DNA of 64,000 nucleotides from Macrostomum lignano (lineage: Eukaryota), in NCBI GenBank assembly GCA_002269645.1, contig NIVC01002161.1:124001-188000 (forward strand), in the 5' to 3' direction. The translations under genes were made by a program, and so were the position numbers. Under the pieces are notes generated by a model. It was not told the origin of the DNA. It saw nothing but the letters and a program-made list of their open reading frames with translations, and did not search any database. Every line of letters starts with the position of its first letter. The stretch's first letter is position 1. Below, in pieces: positions 15,982 through 27,700 of the stretch.

Positions 15982-16706
15982 CGGGGAAACGCTATATTGA
16001 TTTTGAGTTGCAAAATAAAAAAGCTGGCTTATAATTGCAGTAAACTTTTATAAATATGATGACGTCAGTTATGAGACGTTATGCAAAACTTATTTTTGAA
16101 GAGTTCTCTTCTTACCTGGTATTTGTTTTTCTGGGAGATTGGGTTGGGCGATTTGTTACCATACATAGAAAAGATGAATAAATAAGCTTAGTGTTCACAA
16201 AATGTCTATCTACGAGTATACTATAATTAAGTAAATTGGGTAAGTTCAGTCGTGTGATTCTGTGACTCTTAGCATAAAATGTAGAACTAATGTACCAGGG
16301 AGTAGTCCCCCCTGACATTTTTTCTGCGCCTGAACAGAGCAACAAAAGCACACGAAATTCAAGAACACTGGCTAAATTTTGTTGCGCACTTTCTCAAACA
16401 AGACTCAGTTCGCCAGACCCTGTGCGCCAATCAGCACTGCGCCTCAGTGCAGCCTTGCCAAGCCTCCAGATTTCATCAGCACGTCAACCGTATGTGTCTG
16501 CATCAGCTCTGACTTCGATGGTCACTGGCGTTCACCTAGGCGGAGCTTTTGAACATTAAACAGGTGGCACCAGGGGACTATGGACACCCTTATTGCAGAT
16601 TACACTAGGCCAGCATCAACTGCTAGGTATCCTTAGCTAGTCTCTCAAGCATTCCATCGTCATCCATGGACGCTGTCGGCTCCTTCAATGGGTGACGCCA
16701 GGTGAT

Positions 16707-17492
16707 TGTGACGTTGTCAATTTAAGTAGCCCCGTCAAGCGCCGTTTTAGCATACGGTAACCAATCTATAATATTGTTAATTTAATGGTCTCGTACTCTC
16801 ACGTCTGCTTAAAGTAGTGCCCAAAGAATTTTAAACAACTTGCGTTATGTTTGTAAAGCCTAAGTACAGTAGGCGATCGATAATTTCTGTTTTTCTCGCC
16901 GGCCAATAGAAAAGCCGCGCATAAATTGTTAGCCCGAAATTAAGTTCTCCGCGGGCACCCACCCCAGCCTGCTCATCAGTCCTGTCTGGCTGGGGCGCTC
17001 GGGGTTAGCCCGCCCTTAGACCCCTTAGACCCTTGCCACCCCGGCACTCCTTGTTTGCTTGCCTTCTCTCTCCGCCTCGCTCCGCCTCGGTTCTAAACCA
17101 CGCCTCTGCCAAGTCTCAGTCACGCCACCTCTACTGTCTGTACGAGCTCTCGCTACGAGCACCGCCACCACACGTTCACCGCCATCACATCGTCACCATT
17201 GCCTCAGGCTCATTGACTCACTCCATCGTCTACCATCTATCTTATTGTTGCGTAGCCGCCCAGTGCATTTCTTACGGATTCAGCAAGTACTCTGACCTAT
17301 CTCTGTTGACCACCCAGACGGAATTGATAGTAGCAAGCCTAACTATCCTCTCATACGGTCACAATAAATAAAGACTGCGGCCATCGCCCGCATCTCAGTC
17401 GTTACTATCATCAAGTGCTATTGCTACAAAATTTGCCTCTGCCGTGTTTGTCTTCTTTAGTCATTTTCGAGTCTGCCGGATAAATCGTCACA
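16707..17492 (+). mobile_element. Solo LTR (786 bp)
   Basis: TGTGACG...CGTCACA 7-bp inverted termini (TG...CA), exact 5-bp TSD GTGAT (16702-16706, 17493-17497), internal AATAAA near 17363 in the + orientation. Confidence 0.85.
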
Positions 17493-17577
17493 GTGATTTC
17501 GTGTGCTTGTGTTGCTCCGTTCCAGTCCGGCTTCACAATAGCTAGTATAGCAGAGTCCCACTTTACTCAGTCTAGAG

Positions 17578-19720
17578 TCAGCCGAAGATACAGCCGGTCT
17601 CCTGCATCTCCCTGCTACTCGAGGACGGGTTCACCGAGTAGGCCACAATGCAGGCGCAGTCGCGGGTTCGCTCCCTTTTTCTTTGATAGTGAGTGTAGAA
17701 GCAGTCGCCTTGGTAACCGTTGGACCAACCGGTCCAGAACGTCCAACCACACCAGCCCATGAAGCGGGCCTGCTTCTGCCAGGATGCTGTCGATGGTGCG
17801 GGCACCGAGGCTACGAGGCAGCCGCAGGCTCTCGATCTGCTTCGCTCCTGGTTCACGTTGCAGCCTTGTTGAAGCAGTTCAGATGATAATATAATCTTTG
17901 CGGTTTTTGGGCTATCGCTTGAATTTTTGTTGCAAGAATCTACTAAAAAGGCAGAGAAGTATCATACTGGTCCATTTTTGAAGTGCCCAGGGATAGGGAG
18001 GATATAAAGTTGGGACTTCGTATCAACTTGCATGTGGATGCAGTTGAAATTAAAACCGCCTTGGGGACTACATGTAGCTTTAAAGATCAGAAGTCGATTT
18101 TGCTGGGGTTTATTGTGTGATGCTAGTGGCGGGATGTTTGGGCCTCGTAGTTTTTTAAGCGAACCTGATGCGCGGTACAAGTACGAGTAGATGGAGAGGG
18201 ACAGGAACCATGCGACGCGATGTTGTGGACCAGAAAGAGAATGGTGAAGTCGTCTGAGGGGCGATTATGAGGCAGTTTGAACCTAGCGTATTAGACATCA
18301 TTAAACACGTGGAAACGAAACTCCGAGGTTTAGACCCCTGTAGAAATTAAATTCCGGGGATCTGTCACTCTGGGGAAATGAAATTCCGAGGATTCGTCAC
18401 TTTTCGGAAATGCAACTACGAGGATCCGTCACTCTGTAGAAATGAAACTTCGAGGATCCGTCACTCTGTGGAAATGAAACTTCGAGGATCCGTCACTCTG
18501 TGGAAATGAAACTTCGAGGATCCGTCACTCTGGGGAAATGCAACTCCGAGGATCCGTCACTCTGTGGAAATGCAACTCCGAGGATCCGTCACTCTGTGAA
18601 ATGAAACTCCGAGGATCCGTCACTCTGTGGAAATGAAACTCCGAGGATCCGTCACTCTGTGGAAATGAAACTTCGAGGATCGGTCACTCTGTGGAAATGA
18701 AACTCCGAGGATGCGTCACTCTGGGGAAATGCAACTCCGAGGATCCGTCACTCTGTGGAAATGCAACTCCAAGGATCCGTCACCCCGTGGACATGAAACC
18801 GGAGGATCAGTGTTCAGGCGCAGTGAAATTCTAGGAGCGCAGGTGCTCATTACTGACTCGGTTAGCGTCTGCTCACCCGAGCTCCAGCCGCTCCAGCCGG
18901 ACCATTCGCACCAGCCCAGAAACTGCTCATCCAGCTGGTTCTCTCCGCCAGCACCAGGCGAGCTGCCCTCGCAACTGCCGGCAGGCGACTGCGGCTGAGA
19001 GCATCGGCAGAGACGATTGCGCCGGCGGTGAGCAGCCGGGCAGGCAGCCGACCAGGCGGACCAGAGAGTCCAGGGGCACCAGCCACCGCTGGCTGTCAGG
19101 GAGAATGGTGTTCAGTTTAGGGTAGAGAAATCAGTCAGAGTTGGCCCCCAAATTGACGCCACAAGTATCAGCACGAAGGAGACTATAAACGTGGAATTTT
19201 TCGCTCTGGAAAACTGCGAATACTACGACTGCAACAAAGCACTTGCACATGCACACTGTGCCTTGGGGGTCGGCCCTCATCAATTTGAATTGTACGACAG
19301 TCCCCTGTGTCAATTCTCGTGCACAAGCCGAATGCGAGTCCAATTCTACACAGTTACACGTGCAAGACCAAACTGCTCACTTCGGCGGCGACTTGTGAGC
19401 GCCAGCATCTTGCAGCCGGCCGCAGTCAAGGCCGAGTTGGTGTGGTGATCGTCAGCATCGTCGCCATGGTGACCACGCAGCAGCCGGCACCGGTTCGGGG
19501 GACACCAGGTGACGCCGAAGCAGTCGGTGGCCGTCAACTCGCACTCGGTTGCGCACTCAATTTCGGAACGGGCGGAAATTACAGTGAAGATTGGCTCCGC
19601 TATTGTCGGCTTGCCGTCACTGCTGCCCCAGGCCGCCTGGACCGCGGTGTACAAGTACTGCTGCTCAGCCACCGCCACGGATGCCAGCAGGACCCACAAA
19701 GCAATGGTTGCCGGGTGCAT
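17578..19720 (-). CDS. Secreted PAN/apple-domain + three TSP1-like repeat protein (280 aa, 3 exons)
   Basis: Exons 19381-19720, 18877-19092 and 17578-17864, all phase 1, join in frame (843 nt). Signal peptide MHPATIALWVLLASVAVA; PAN-like SEIECATECELTATDCFGVTWCPPNRCRL; three WCxWxxWxxWS...RxRxRxCxC units. The exon-3 acceptor is a weaker AAG. Confidence 0.8.
18350..18800. repeat. 32-bp intronic minisatellite (GAGGATCCGTCACTCTGTGGAAATGAAACTCC)
   Basis: Lies in intron 2 of the PAN-TSP1 gene. Confidence 0.92.
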
Positions 19721-20139
19721 TTCGGTTGCTTAGCTGGGTACTCGATCACTCACTGGCAAATTTGCTTTGTTGACAAAATCTCAGCTTGAAGGTTTTTTAT
19801 GCATTGCTTTAAATCCCAAAAAGTCTCTGAAGTTTATAATGACTGGCAGTTTCAACTTCCTGTAGAGAGAATCAGGATTACTTAGTTGGTCGTCAATTTA
19901 ACGCATTTAGGAGAAAGCTTTTACGCTTTCAGGAAAAGCAACATGCCAATAACAGGAAAGGGTGGCCAGCCACATTAGTTGAACTTCATTTTGTCAATCC
20001 TGTCAATATCTTTTTACTGCATTAGCTGAGGCGGCCTATATTGTGTGCGATAAACTGTGAATGAACTCACAATTGACAGGCAGCCTGGAAATCGAATGAA
20101 TGCATCTTTTTGAGAAGCGATTGGCACTCATATTAGAGT

Positions 20140-20425
20140 GCCACCTGTTAGACAGGATAGTGTTACCTGTCAGACAGGATAGTGTCACCTGTCAGACAGG
20201 ATAGTGTCACGTGTCAGACAGGATAGCGTCACCTGTTATACAGAAGTGTCACCTGTTAGATAGGAGTGTCACCTGTTAGACAGGCGTGTCATCTGTTATA
20301 CAGGAGTGTCAGCTGTTAGACAGGAGTGTCACCTGTTAGATAGGAGTGTCACCTGTTAGACAACCGTGTCATCTGTTATACAAGAGTGTCACCTGTTAGA
20401 TAGGAGTGTCACCTGTTAGACAGGT
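20140..20425. repeat. 20-22-bp minisatellite (GTCACCTGTTAGACAGGA..)
   Basis: Same family as the array at 22695-23845. Confidence 0.9.
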
Positions 20426-20533
20426 GCGTCAGCTTCTGGAGTCCAGCTTCAATGGCCAGTAACCAGTCCTTTTATAACTTTCCAGCTAGTCATTGTTATT
20501 ATGAGTTACATGAGCTGCTATGCCCAATGGATA

Positions 20534-20752
20534 GGGGGCCGTAGCCCAGCGGTCTAGCGCAGGCTCTGGTGTGCCAGCGACCCAGGCTCGATTCCAAGTG
20601 CAGTCAGTGTGTGCCTGCGTACGTATCCGCGCGCTTGTCTGCCTGCTCAGGGTAGTCGGCGGAATGGGCAGTAATGCCTCTCGCCGGTTGTGTGTCTATG
20701 TCGCTTAAAGTGCGCCAGGGTGCACACAACCCCCTGCCTCTAATAAAAAAAA
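20534..20752 (+). mobile_element. SINE family A, internally deleted copy
   Basis: Same head and tail as 7986-8347 but lacks about 145 bp of the middle; TAATAAAAAAAAA tail; 13-bp TSD ATGCCCAATGGAT (20520-20532, 20753-20765). Confidence 0.85.
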
Positions 20753-21848
20753 ATGCCCAATGGATCTTCTATTTTAAAGCTGCAACGCAATTACACGCAG
20801 AAGAGCTCGCTAGAGATGCATCTGCGACCTTCACCCGGCGGGTGCCCAAATTGGCGTTTCTGCGCTTCGTTCCGGCGCCGCTGCTTCCTCCTCTAAGCCA
20901 CAAAAGGTGCAAATCGGGGAGCAATCTTCGTAGTGACATTTGTCTCTGGAAAAAACCAAGTCTCTTGCCATGCAGACGGCACATACCTCACCCATGCGGC
21001 CCCCTCGGTCCTTTGAAATTTCACAATAGCATTCCGGCCCGATCAACAAGCCCGACCAGTTGACAAGAAACCTCAAACTACCCCGGTCCTGGAATTCGCA
21101 GCAAAACACGTCATAAAGTGGCTGCGACACCAATTAGTAACAATAGCATCCTCAGCCTGTTTGTTACTCAGCCTGGTAACAAAGTCTGAGCGATCCTTGC
21201 TGAATTCAAAACCCCATTTTATCCTATTACGTATAATCTCCTAAGAGCCAACAAAGTACCTGGAATGGCAAGTCCCAGAGTGATCAGAGTCATACAGTTT
21301 GGTCCGGAGCTTTACTTCCGGCTGTTTTATTTGGTATCCCCCAACTGGGGGAAGGAATCCAGTCTAAGGGACTGCAGCCACGGTCTGACATACGTGGAGT
21401 GATATTTGCATGAGTGACGGTGAAGAGATGCGACACTGCAAGAGCTGACACGACACTGCTAGCTGATGGTGTCTGTCATTTCATCATAACAAGCTGTCCT
21501 GGAGAAACAGATTTCCTCTGCAGGTAAAAGCAAATTTTAACGCAGCTTAGTGTCCGGCGCTTGAAAATGGATGAAACATTTGCAGAATGGGGTAAGAGTA
21601 TAGCATATGCCATTTGGCCTTGTTGAGAACTGCCTGTCAGCAACACTTTTCAGTCCCGGAGTTAACAAATATTTAAAGGGCCAGTCAACTTAAGCTCATA
21701 AAGTGGTAATCCTGGTGTCACTGTGAGCAGAATGACGCATCATTTGTGTGCATAGGTTACTCGGGCTCCACTTTATGAGCTTAACTTGACAGGCCCTTTC
21801 AATAAAGCAGCAACCACACTCTCAACTCTTTCAAAGCAGACATTGAAA

Positions 21849-22137
21849 ATGAGCGAGCTGGTAACCGCTTTGACTGTAGTGCTCATGTTTGTCATGAGTC
21901 ACAAACTCGAACTCTGTCAAGTGTTTGTCACGAGTGTTTGTCAAGCAGCGGCCGGGACTCGATCCGGGCGCGCTGTGTCCATCTGGCTACGGCATGCACC
22001 TGTGCGGAGTGAAGTACAAGCTGTACTCTGCACCGAGGGCGTTATCGCAAGGCATAGCAATGCCGGACTCTCCGAACTTTCTGAGTCATTATGCCACGGA
22101 TCGAGTCCTGTGCCAGTGCTTGTTTTCCTTTGGCTGA
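21849..22137 (+). pseudogene. Small secreted protein with a C-type-lectin-like N-terminal motif, frameshifted by a 13-nt duplication
   Basis: Hydrophobic leader MSELVTALTVVLMFVM; GTGTTTGTCA is repeated at 21921 and 21934. Removing one 13-nt copy fuses the leader to a codon-biased frame KQRPGLDPGALCPSGYGMHLCGVKYKLYS...CQCLFSFG* (91 aa). Confidence 0.45.
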
Positions 22138-22470
22138 ACTCAAGTCCTTTTTGATGCATTAGATTAACTCATTGGTTGAGTTTCAGTTTTCAGCTGTACT
22201 GAGCACGGTACGTGTATCTAAAAATAGCACAAAAATTACTCACTCGAGTCTCAACAAGTAACCGTAGGCTCTTACTCGTGCAACGTACAGCAGAAATGGA
22301 GAATCTCAGTACGCTTGTGATAATTTTAGCATCAAATAATTATACAGCCAGCTTAAATTATATTTAGAAATTGAAACTTCTGTTGTCTCTCTATAAATAT
22401 TCTTAGTCCCCAACCTGAAGTGTATTTCTTGTCTCCTAATCTCACTTGTATGCCACGCAATACAAAAAGC

Positions 22471-24945
22471 ATGTCACAGAAGGAGGTCATCAAGTGCGTG
22501 GCTGTTGGCGACGGCGCGGTAGGAAAAACCTGCCTGTTAATCTCCTACGCGCAGGGTCGGTTCCCTCCTGGCTACGTGCCAACCGTGTTTGACACCTATG
22601 CGGTCAGCGTGCGGATCGGGGACATGCAGCACACGCTGGGCCTGTTCGACACTGCTGGACAGGTGAGCGCTTTTGAGAATGCAACTCTATAACGTATTGT
22701 TAGACAGGGCAGTGTTACCTGTTAGACAAGAGTGTCACCTGTTAGACAGGGCAGTGTCACCTGTTAGACAGGGCAGTGTCACCTGTTAGACAGGATAGTG
22801 TCACCTGTTAGACAGGGCAGTGTCACCTGTTAGACAGGGCAGTGTCACCTGTTAGACAGGATAGTGTCACCTGTTAGACAGGATAGTGTCACCTGTTAGA
22901 CAGGGCAGTGTCACCTGTTAGACAGGGCAGTGTCACCTGTTAGACAGGATAGTGTCACCTGTTAGACAGGGCAGTGTCACCTGTTAGACAGGATATAGTG
23001 TCACCTGTTTGTTAGACAGGATAGTGTCACCTGTTAGACAGGATAGTGTCACCTGTTAGACAGGGCAGTGTCACCTGTTAGACAGGGCAGTGTCACCTGT
23101 TAGACAGGATATAGTGTCACCTGTTAGACAGGATAGTGTCACCTGTTAGACAGGGCAGTGTCACCTTTTAGACAGGGCAGTGTCACCTGTTAGACAGGAT
23201 AGTGTCACCTGTTTAGACAGGGCAGTGTCACCTGTTAGACAGGGCAGTGTCACCTGTTAGACAGGATATAGTGTCACCTGTTTGTTAGACAGGATAGTGT
23301 CACCTGTTAGACAGGATAGTGTCACCTGTTAGACAGGGCAGTGTCACCTGTTAGACAGGATATAGTGTCACCTGTTTGTTAGACAGGATAGTGTCACCTG
23401 TTAGACAGGATAGTGTCACCTGTTAGACAGGGCAGTGTCACCTGTTAGACAGGGCAGTGTCACCTGTTAGACAGGATATAGTGTCACCTGTTAGACAGGA
23501 TAGTGTCACCTGTTAGACAGGGCAGTGTCACCTTTTAGACAGGGCAGTGTCACCTGTTAGACAGGATAGTGTCACCTGTTTAGACAGGGCAGTGTCACCT
23601 GTTAGACAGGGCAGTGTCACTTGTTAGACAGGATATAGTGTCACCTGTTAGACAGGATATAGTGTCACCTGTTAGACAGGGCAGTGTCACCTGTTAGACA
23701 GGATAGTGTCACCTGTTAGACAGGATAGTGTCACCTGTTAGACATGTGTGTCACCTGTTAGACAGGATAGTGTCACCTGTTAGACAAGATAGTGTCACCT
23801 GTTAGACAGGATAGCGTCACCTGTGAGACATGAGTGTCAGCTGTTAATAAGTAGTCCTTGGGTTGAGTAAGCTACGATGCTTCCCATCATATACCCTAAC
23901 TCATCAACCCCTTGCCACTCCAACCACAGGAGGAATACGAGATGCTCCGGGATCTGTCCTACCCCGGCACAGATGTGTTCCTAGTCTGCTTCTCCATAGT
24001 GAACCCGACATCGCTGGAGAACGCTCGCCAGCTGTGGATCCCGGAGGTGACTCGGGCCTGTCCCAACGCGCCATTCCTACTGGTCGGCACGCAGAGCGAC
24101 CTCCGAGCGGACAGGCGAACTTTGGACTGGCTGGCTCGGTCGCGACAGAAGCCGGTGCCGACGGAGGTCGGGCAGCGGCTGGCCCGCAGCATGGGAGCCG
24201 CAGCCTACGTGGAGTGCAGCGCTCTGACCATGGTGAGGTCCGGGTGAGGGCTCCACAATGGACTGCCAATGAACACCCCATCATAGAGCTTGGTGTTTAC
24301 ACAGACACAACACAGCTTTGTGTTTACACAGACATCACACAGCTTTGTGTTTACACAGACATCACACAGCTTTGTGTTTACACAGACATCACACAGCTTT
24401 GTGTTTACACAGACATCACACAGCTTTGTGTTTACATAGACACATCACACAGCTTTGTGTTTACACAGACATCACACAGCTTTGTGTTTACACAGACATC
24501 ACACAGCTTTGTGTTTACACAGACATCACACAGCTTTGTGTTTACATAGACACATCACACAGCTTTGTGTTTACATAGACACAACACCGCTTTGTGTTTA
24601 CACAGACACAACACCGCTTTGTGTTTACACAGACACAACACCGCTTTGTGTTTACACAGACACAACACCGCTTTGTGTTTACACAGACACAACACCGCTT
24701 TGTGTTTACACAGACACAACACCGCTTTGTGTTTACACAGACATCACACAGCTTTGTGTTTACACAGACATCACACAGCTTTGTGTTTACACAGACATCA
24801 CACAGCTTTGTGTTTACACAGACACTAAAACCGTTTTCAGGACAACCTCAAGCAGGTGTTTGACGAGGCCTTACTGGCAGTGTTGGAGCCGCCAAAGAAG
24901 CCAGTCGCAAGCAAGAAACGCGGTAGACGATGTGCGCTGATGTAA
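22471..24945 (+). CDS. Divergent Cdc42-like Rho GTPase (199 aa, 3 exons)
   Basis: Exons 22471-22662, 23930-24232 and 24841-24945 join in frame (600 nt). Motifs [20 protein letters not shown]|[29 protein letters not shown]|[18 protein letters not shown], polybasic [11 protein letters not shown] = CALM. An in-frame upstream ATG at 22450 is an alternative start. Confidence 0.92.
22695..23845. repeat. 22-bp intronic minisatellite (GTCACCTGTTAGACAGGATAGT)
   Basis: Fills intron 1 of the Cdc42-like gene. Confidence 0.95.
24290..24825. repeat. 27-bp intronic minisatellite (TGTGTTTACACAGACATCACACAGCTT)
   Basis: Fills intron 2 of the Cdc42-like gene and runs almost to the acceptor. Confidence 0.95.
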
Positions 24946-25364
24946 AAAATGGGACACTTGGAAGTCACTTGAAGGTCAAAGTTCAGTAAAAATGCAGTAA
25001 ACTTACCGCTCTCGCTATCTCTGTAACATATTTTTTCTAGTCGCAAAACCTTCAAATTAACTGTGAACCCGAGTGATACGTCCTGATACAACAGCAACTT
25101 TCAGTGGCCCTTGAGGATATAAGTATAAGCATCCTTTTCAACATTTCGCACCATATTTGACGTTTTAACTGATTTTTTTCCATAGTGTAATTACATTGGT
25201 CACATTTGTTTATGAGTAAAAAAGTATTCAAAAATACACTAGCACCAGTTAACTTTTTTCATACTACTGATCTGTCGAATTAATACCTTCTGTCAGTTTA
25301 ATTAAACTTGTCAAATAAGTAAATATTTGGGTCTAAAATAGGTGACTGTTTAAAGCGCCTTTAA

Positions 25365-26295
25365 CAGGTTGACTCTGTAGTGTCTCTAACAGATGACTCT
25401 CTAGTGTCTCTAACAGGTCTCTAAAGTGTATAACAGGTGACTCTGTAGAGTCTAACCGGTCTCTATAGTGTCTAACAGGTGACTCTGTGAGTCTCTAACA
25501 GGTGACTCTCTAGTGTCTCTTACAGGTGACTCTCTAGTGTCTCTAACAGGTGACTCTCTAGTGTCTCTAACAGGTGACTCTCTAGTGTCTCTAACAGGTG
25601 ACTCTCTAGTGTCTCTAACAGGTGACTCTCTAGTGTCTCTTACAGGTGACTCTCTAGTGTCTCTAACAGGTGACTCTCAAGTGTCTCTTACAGGTGACTC
25701 TCTAGTGTCTCTAACAGGTGACTCTCTAGTGTCTCTAACAGGTGACTCTCTAGTGTCTCTAACAGGTGACTCTAGTGTCTCTAACAGGTGACTCTCTAGT
25801 GTCTCTAACAGGTGACTCTCTAGTGTCTCTTACAGGTGACTCTCTAGTGTCTCTAACAGGTGACTCTCTAGTGTCTCTAACAGGCGACTCTCTAGTGTCT
25901 CTAACAGGCGACTCTCTAGTGTCTCTAACAGGTGACTCTGTAGTGTCTCTAACAGGTGACTCTCTAGTGTCTCTTACAGGTGACTCTCTAGTGTCTCTTA
26001 CAGGTGACTCTCTAGTGTCTCTAACAGGTGACTCTCTAGTGTCTCTAACAGGTGACTCTCTAGTGTCTCTAACAGGTGACTCTCTAGTGTCTCTAACAGG
26101 TGACTCTCTAGTGTCTCTTACAGGTGACTCTCTAGTGTCTCTAACAGGTGACTCTCTAGTGTCTCTAACAGGTGACTCTCTAGTGTCTCTTACAGGTGAC
26201 TCTCTAGTGTCTCTAACAGGTGACTCTCTAGTGTCTCTTACAGGTGACTCTCTAGTGTCTCTTACAGGTGACTCTCTAGTGTCTCTAATAGGTGT
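25365..26295. repeat. 24-bp minisatellite (CTCTAACAGGTGACTCTCTAGTGT)
   Basis: Direct tandem units; source of the spurious SLTGDSLV ORFs. Confidence 0.95.
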
Positions 26296-26879
26296 GACTA
26301 TTTTTGGGTTTTGTGAGATATTTTCGTGAAACTTGTGAAGGTCTCATAAGTGCAGACAGTTTATGAAGATGAGAGACGGAAGTGGGCCGTGGAATAACAG
26401 CGATTAAGTAGTTTCTTACGATGTCTGATTAAGAATTAAACTGGATTTGTGGGATTTTCGCAACAACCTAAGAAAAAAAACAGTTTCAGGTTCAAAGCTA
26501 CTGAAAGTAGTCAATATTGAAAAGGATTTCTGAGGTTATGAAATGAAAAGTATCTAGTACTGAAGTATTTTTACGAGCGTATTAAGATGCTTGGAAGACT
26601 GTTTACCTTGAGCGATCTCAATTTTGTAAAGTAACAAACTTTGAAATCAAATTGCGGCTTCAAAGTCAAGCGCAGATTTTTGTTAATTGTAGGTGTCAAA
26701 AATTTCCTGTATAATTAGTATTCAACAATTAACTCTCTTTCGTACAGAAAAAAGCTTTATCGACGATAAAAAAAAGTCAAATATTTGGGCAACGAAAAGC
26801 ATGACGGTTTCAAGCAAGCAAGTACTGGACTTCCAAAATTTACAAACAGAGAAAAATGTGTTCAATCCTAAAATGCTAC

Positions 26880-27700
26880 GGGAGTTTCCATGGCTCATGG
26901 GGGAGTTGCTGAATGCCATGGCTCATGGGGAAGCTGATGAGATGCTATGGCTCATGGGGGAGCTGCTGAGATGCCATGGCTCATGGGGGAGCTGCTGAGA
27001 TGCTATGGCTCATGGGGGAGCTGCTGAGATGCTATGGCTCATGGGGGAGCTGCTGAGATACCATGGCTCATGGGGGAGTTGCTGAGATGCCATGGCTCAT
27101 GGGGGAGTTGCTGAGATGCCATGGCTCACGGGGGAGTTGCTGAGATGCCATGGCTAATGAGGGAGTTGCTGAGATGCCATGGCTCATGAGGGAGTTGCTG
27201 AGATGCTATGGCTCATGGGGGAGCTGCTGAGATGCCATGGCTCATGGGGGAGTTGCTGAGATGCCATGGCTCATGGGGGAGTTGCTGAGATGCCATGGCT
27301 CACGGGGGAGTTGCTGAGATGCCATGGCTAATGAGGGAGTTGCTGAGATGCCATGGCTCATGAGGGAGTTGCTGAGATACCATGGCTCATGGGGGAGTTG
27401 CTGAGATGCCATGGCTCATGGGGGAGTTGCTGAGATGCCATGGCTCACGGGGGAGTTGCTGAGATGCCATGGCTCATGGGAGAGTTGCTAAGATGCCATG
27501 GCTCATGGGGGAGTTGCTGAGATGCCATGGCTAATGGGGGAGTTGCTGAGATGCCATGGCCCACAGGGGGAGCTGCTGAGATGCCATGGCTCAGGGGCGG
27601 TTGCTGAGATGCCATGGTTCATAGGGGAGTTGCTGAGCTGCCATGGCTCACAGGGGGAGCTGCTGAGATGCCATGGCTCAGGGGCGGTTGCTGAGATACC
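26880..27700. repeat. 29-bp minisatellite (GCTGAGATGCCATGGCTCATGGGGGAGTT)
   Basis: Tandem units, related to the array at 3545-4200. Confidence 0.95.

Noticed and set aside
20831-21133. Cys-rich ORF resembling a RING (CAVC...CH...C...CTFC)
   Set aside because: Only seven ligands with wrong spacing, and part of it looks like a short GT-AG intron; no support for a real domain.
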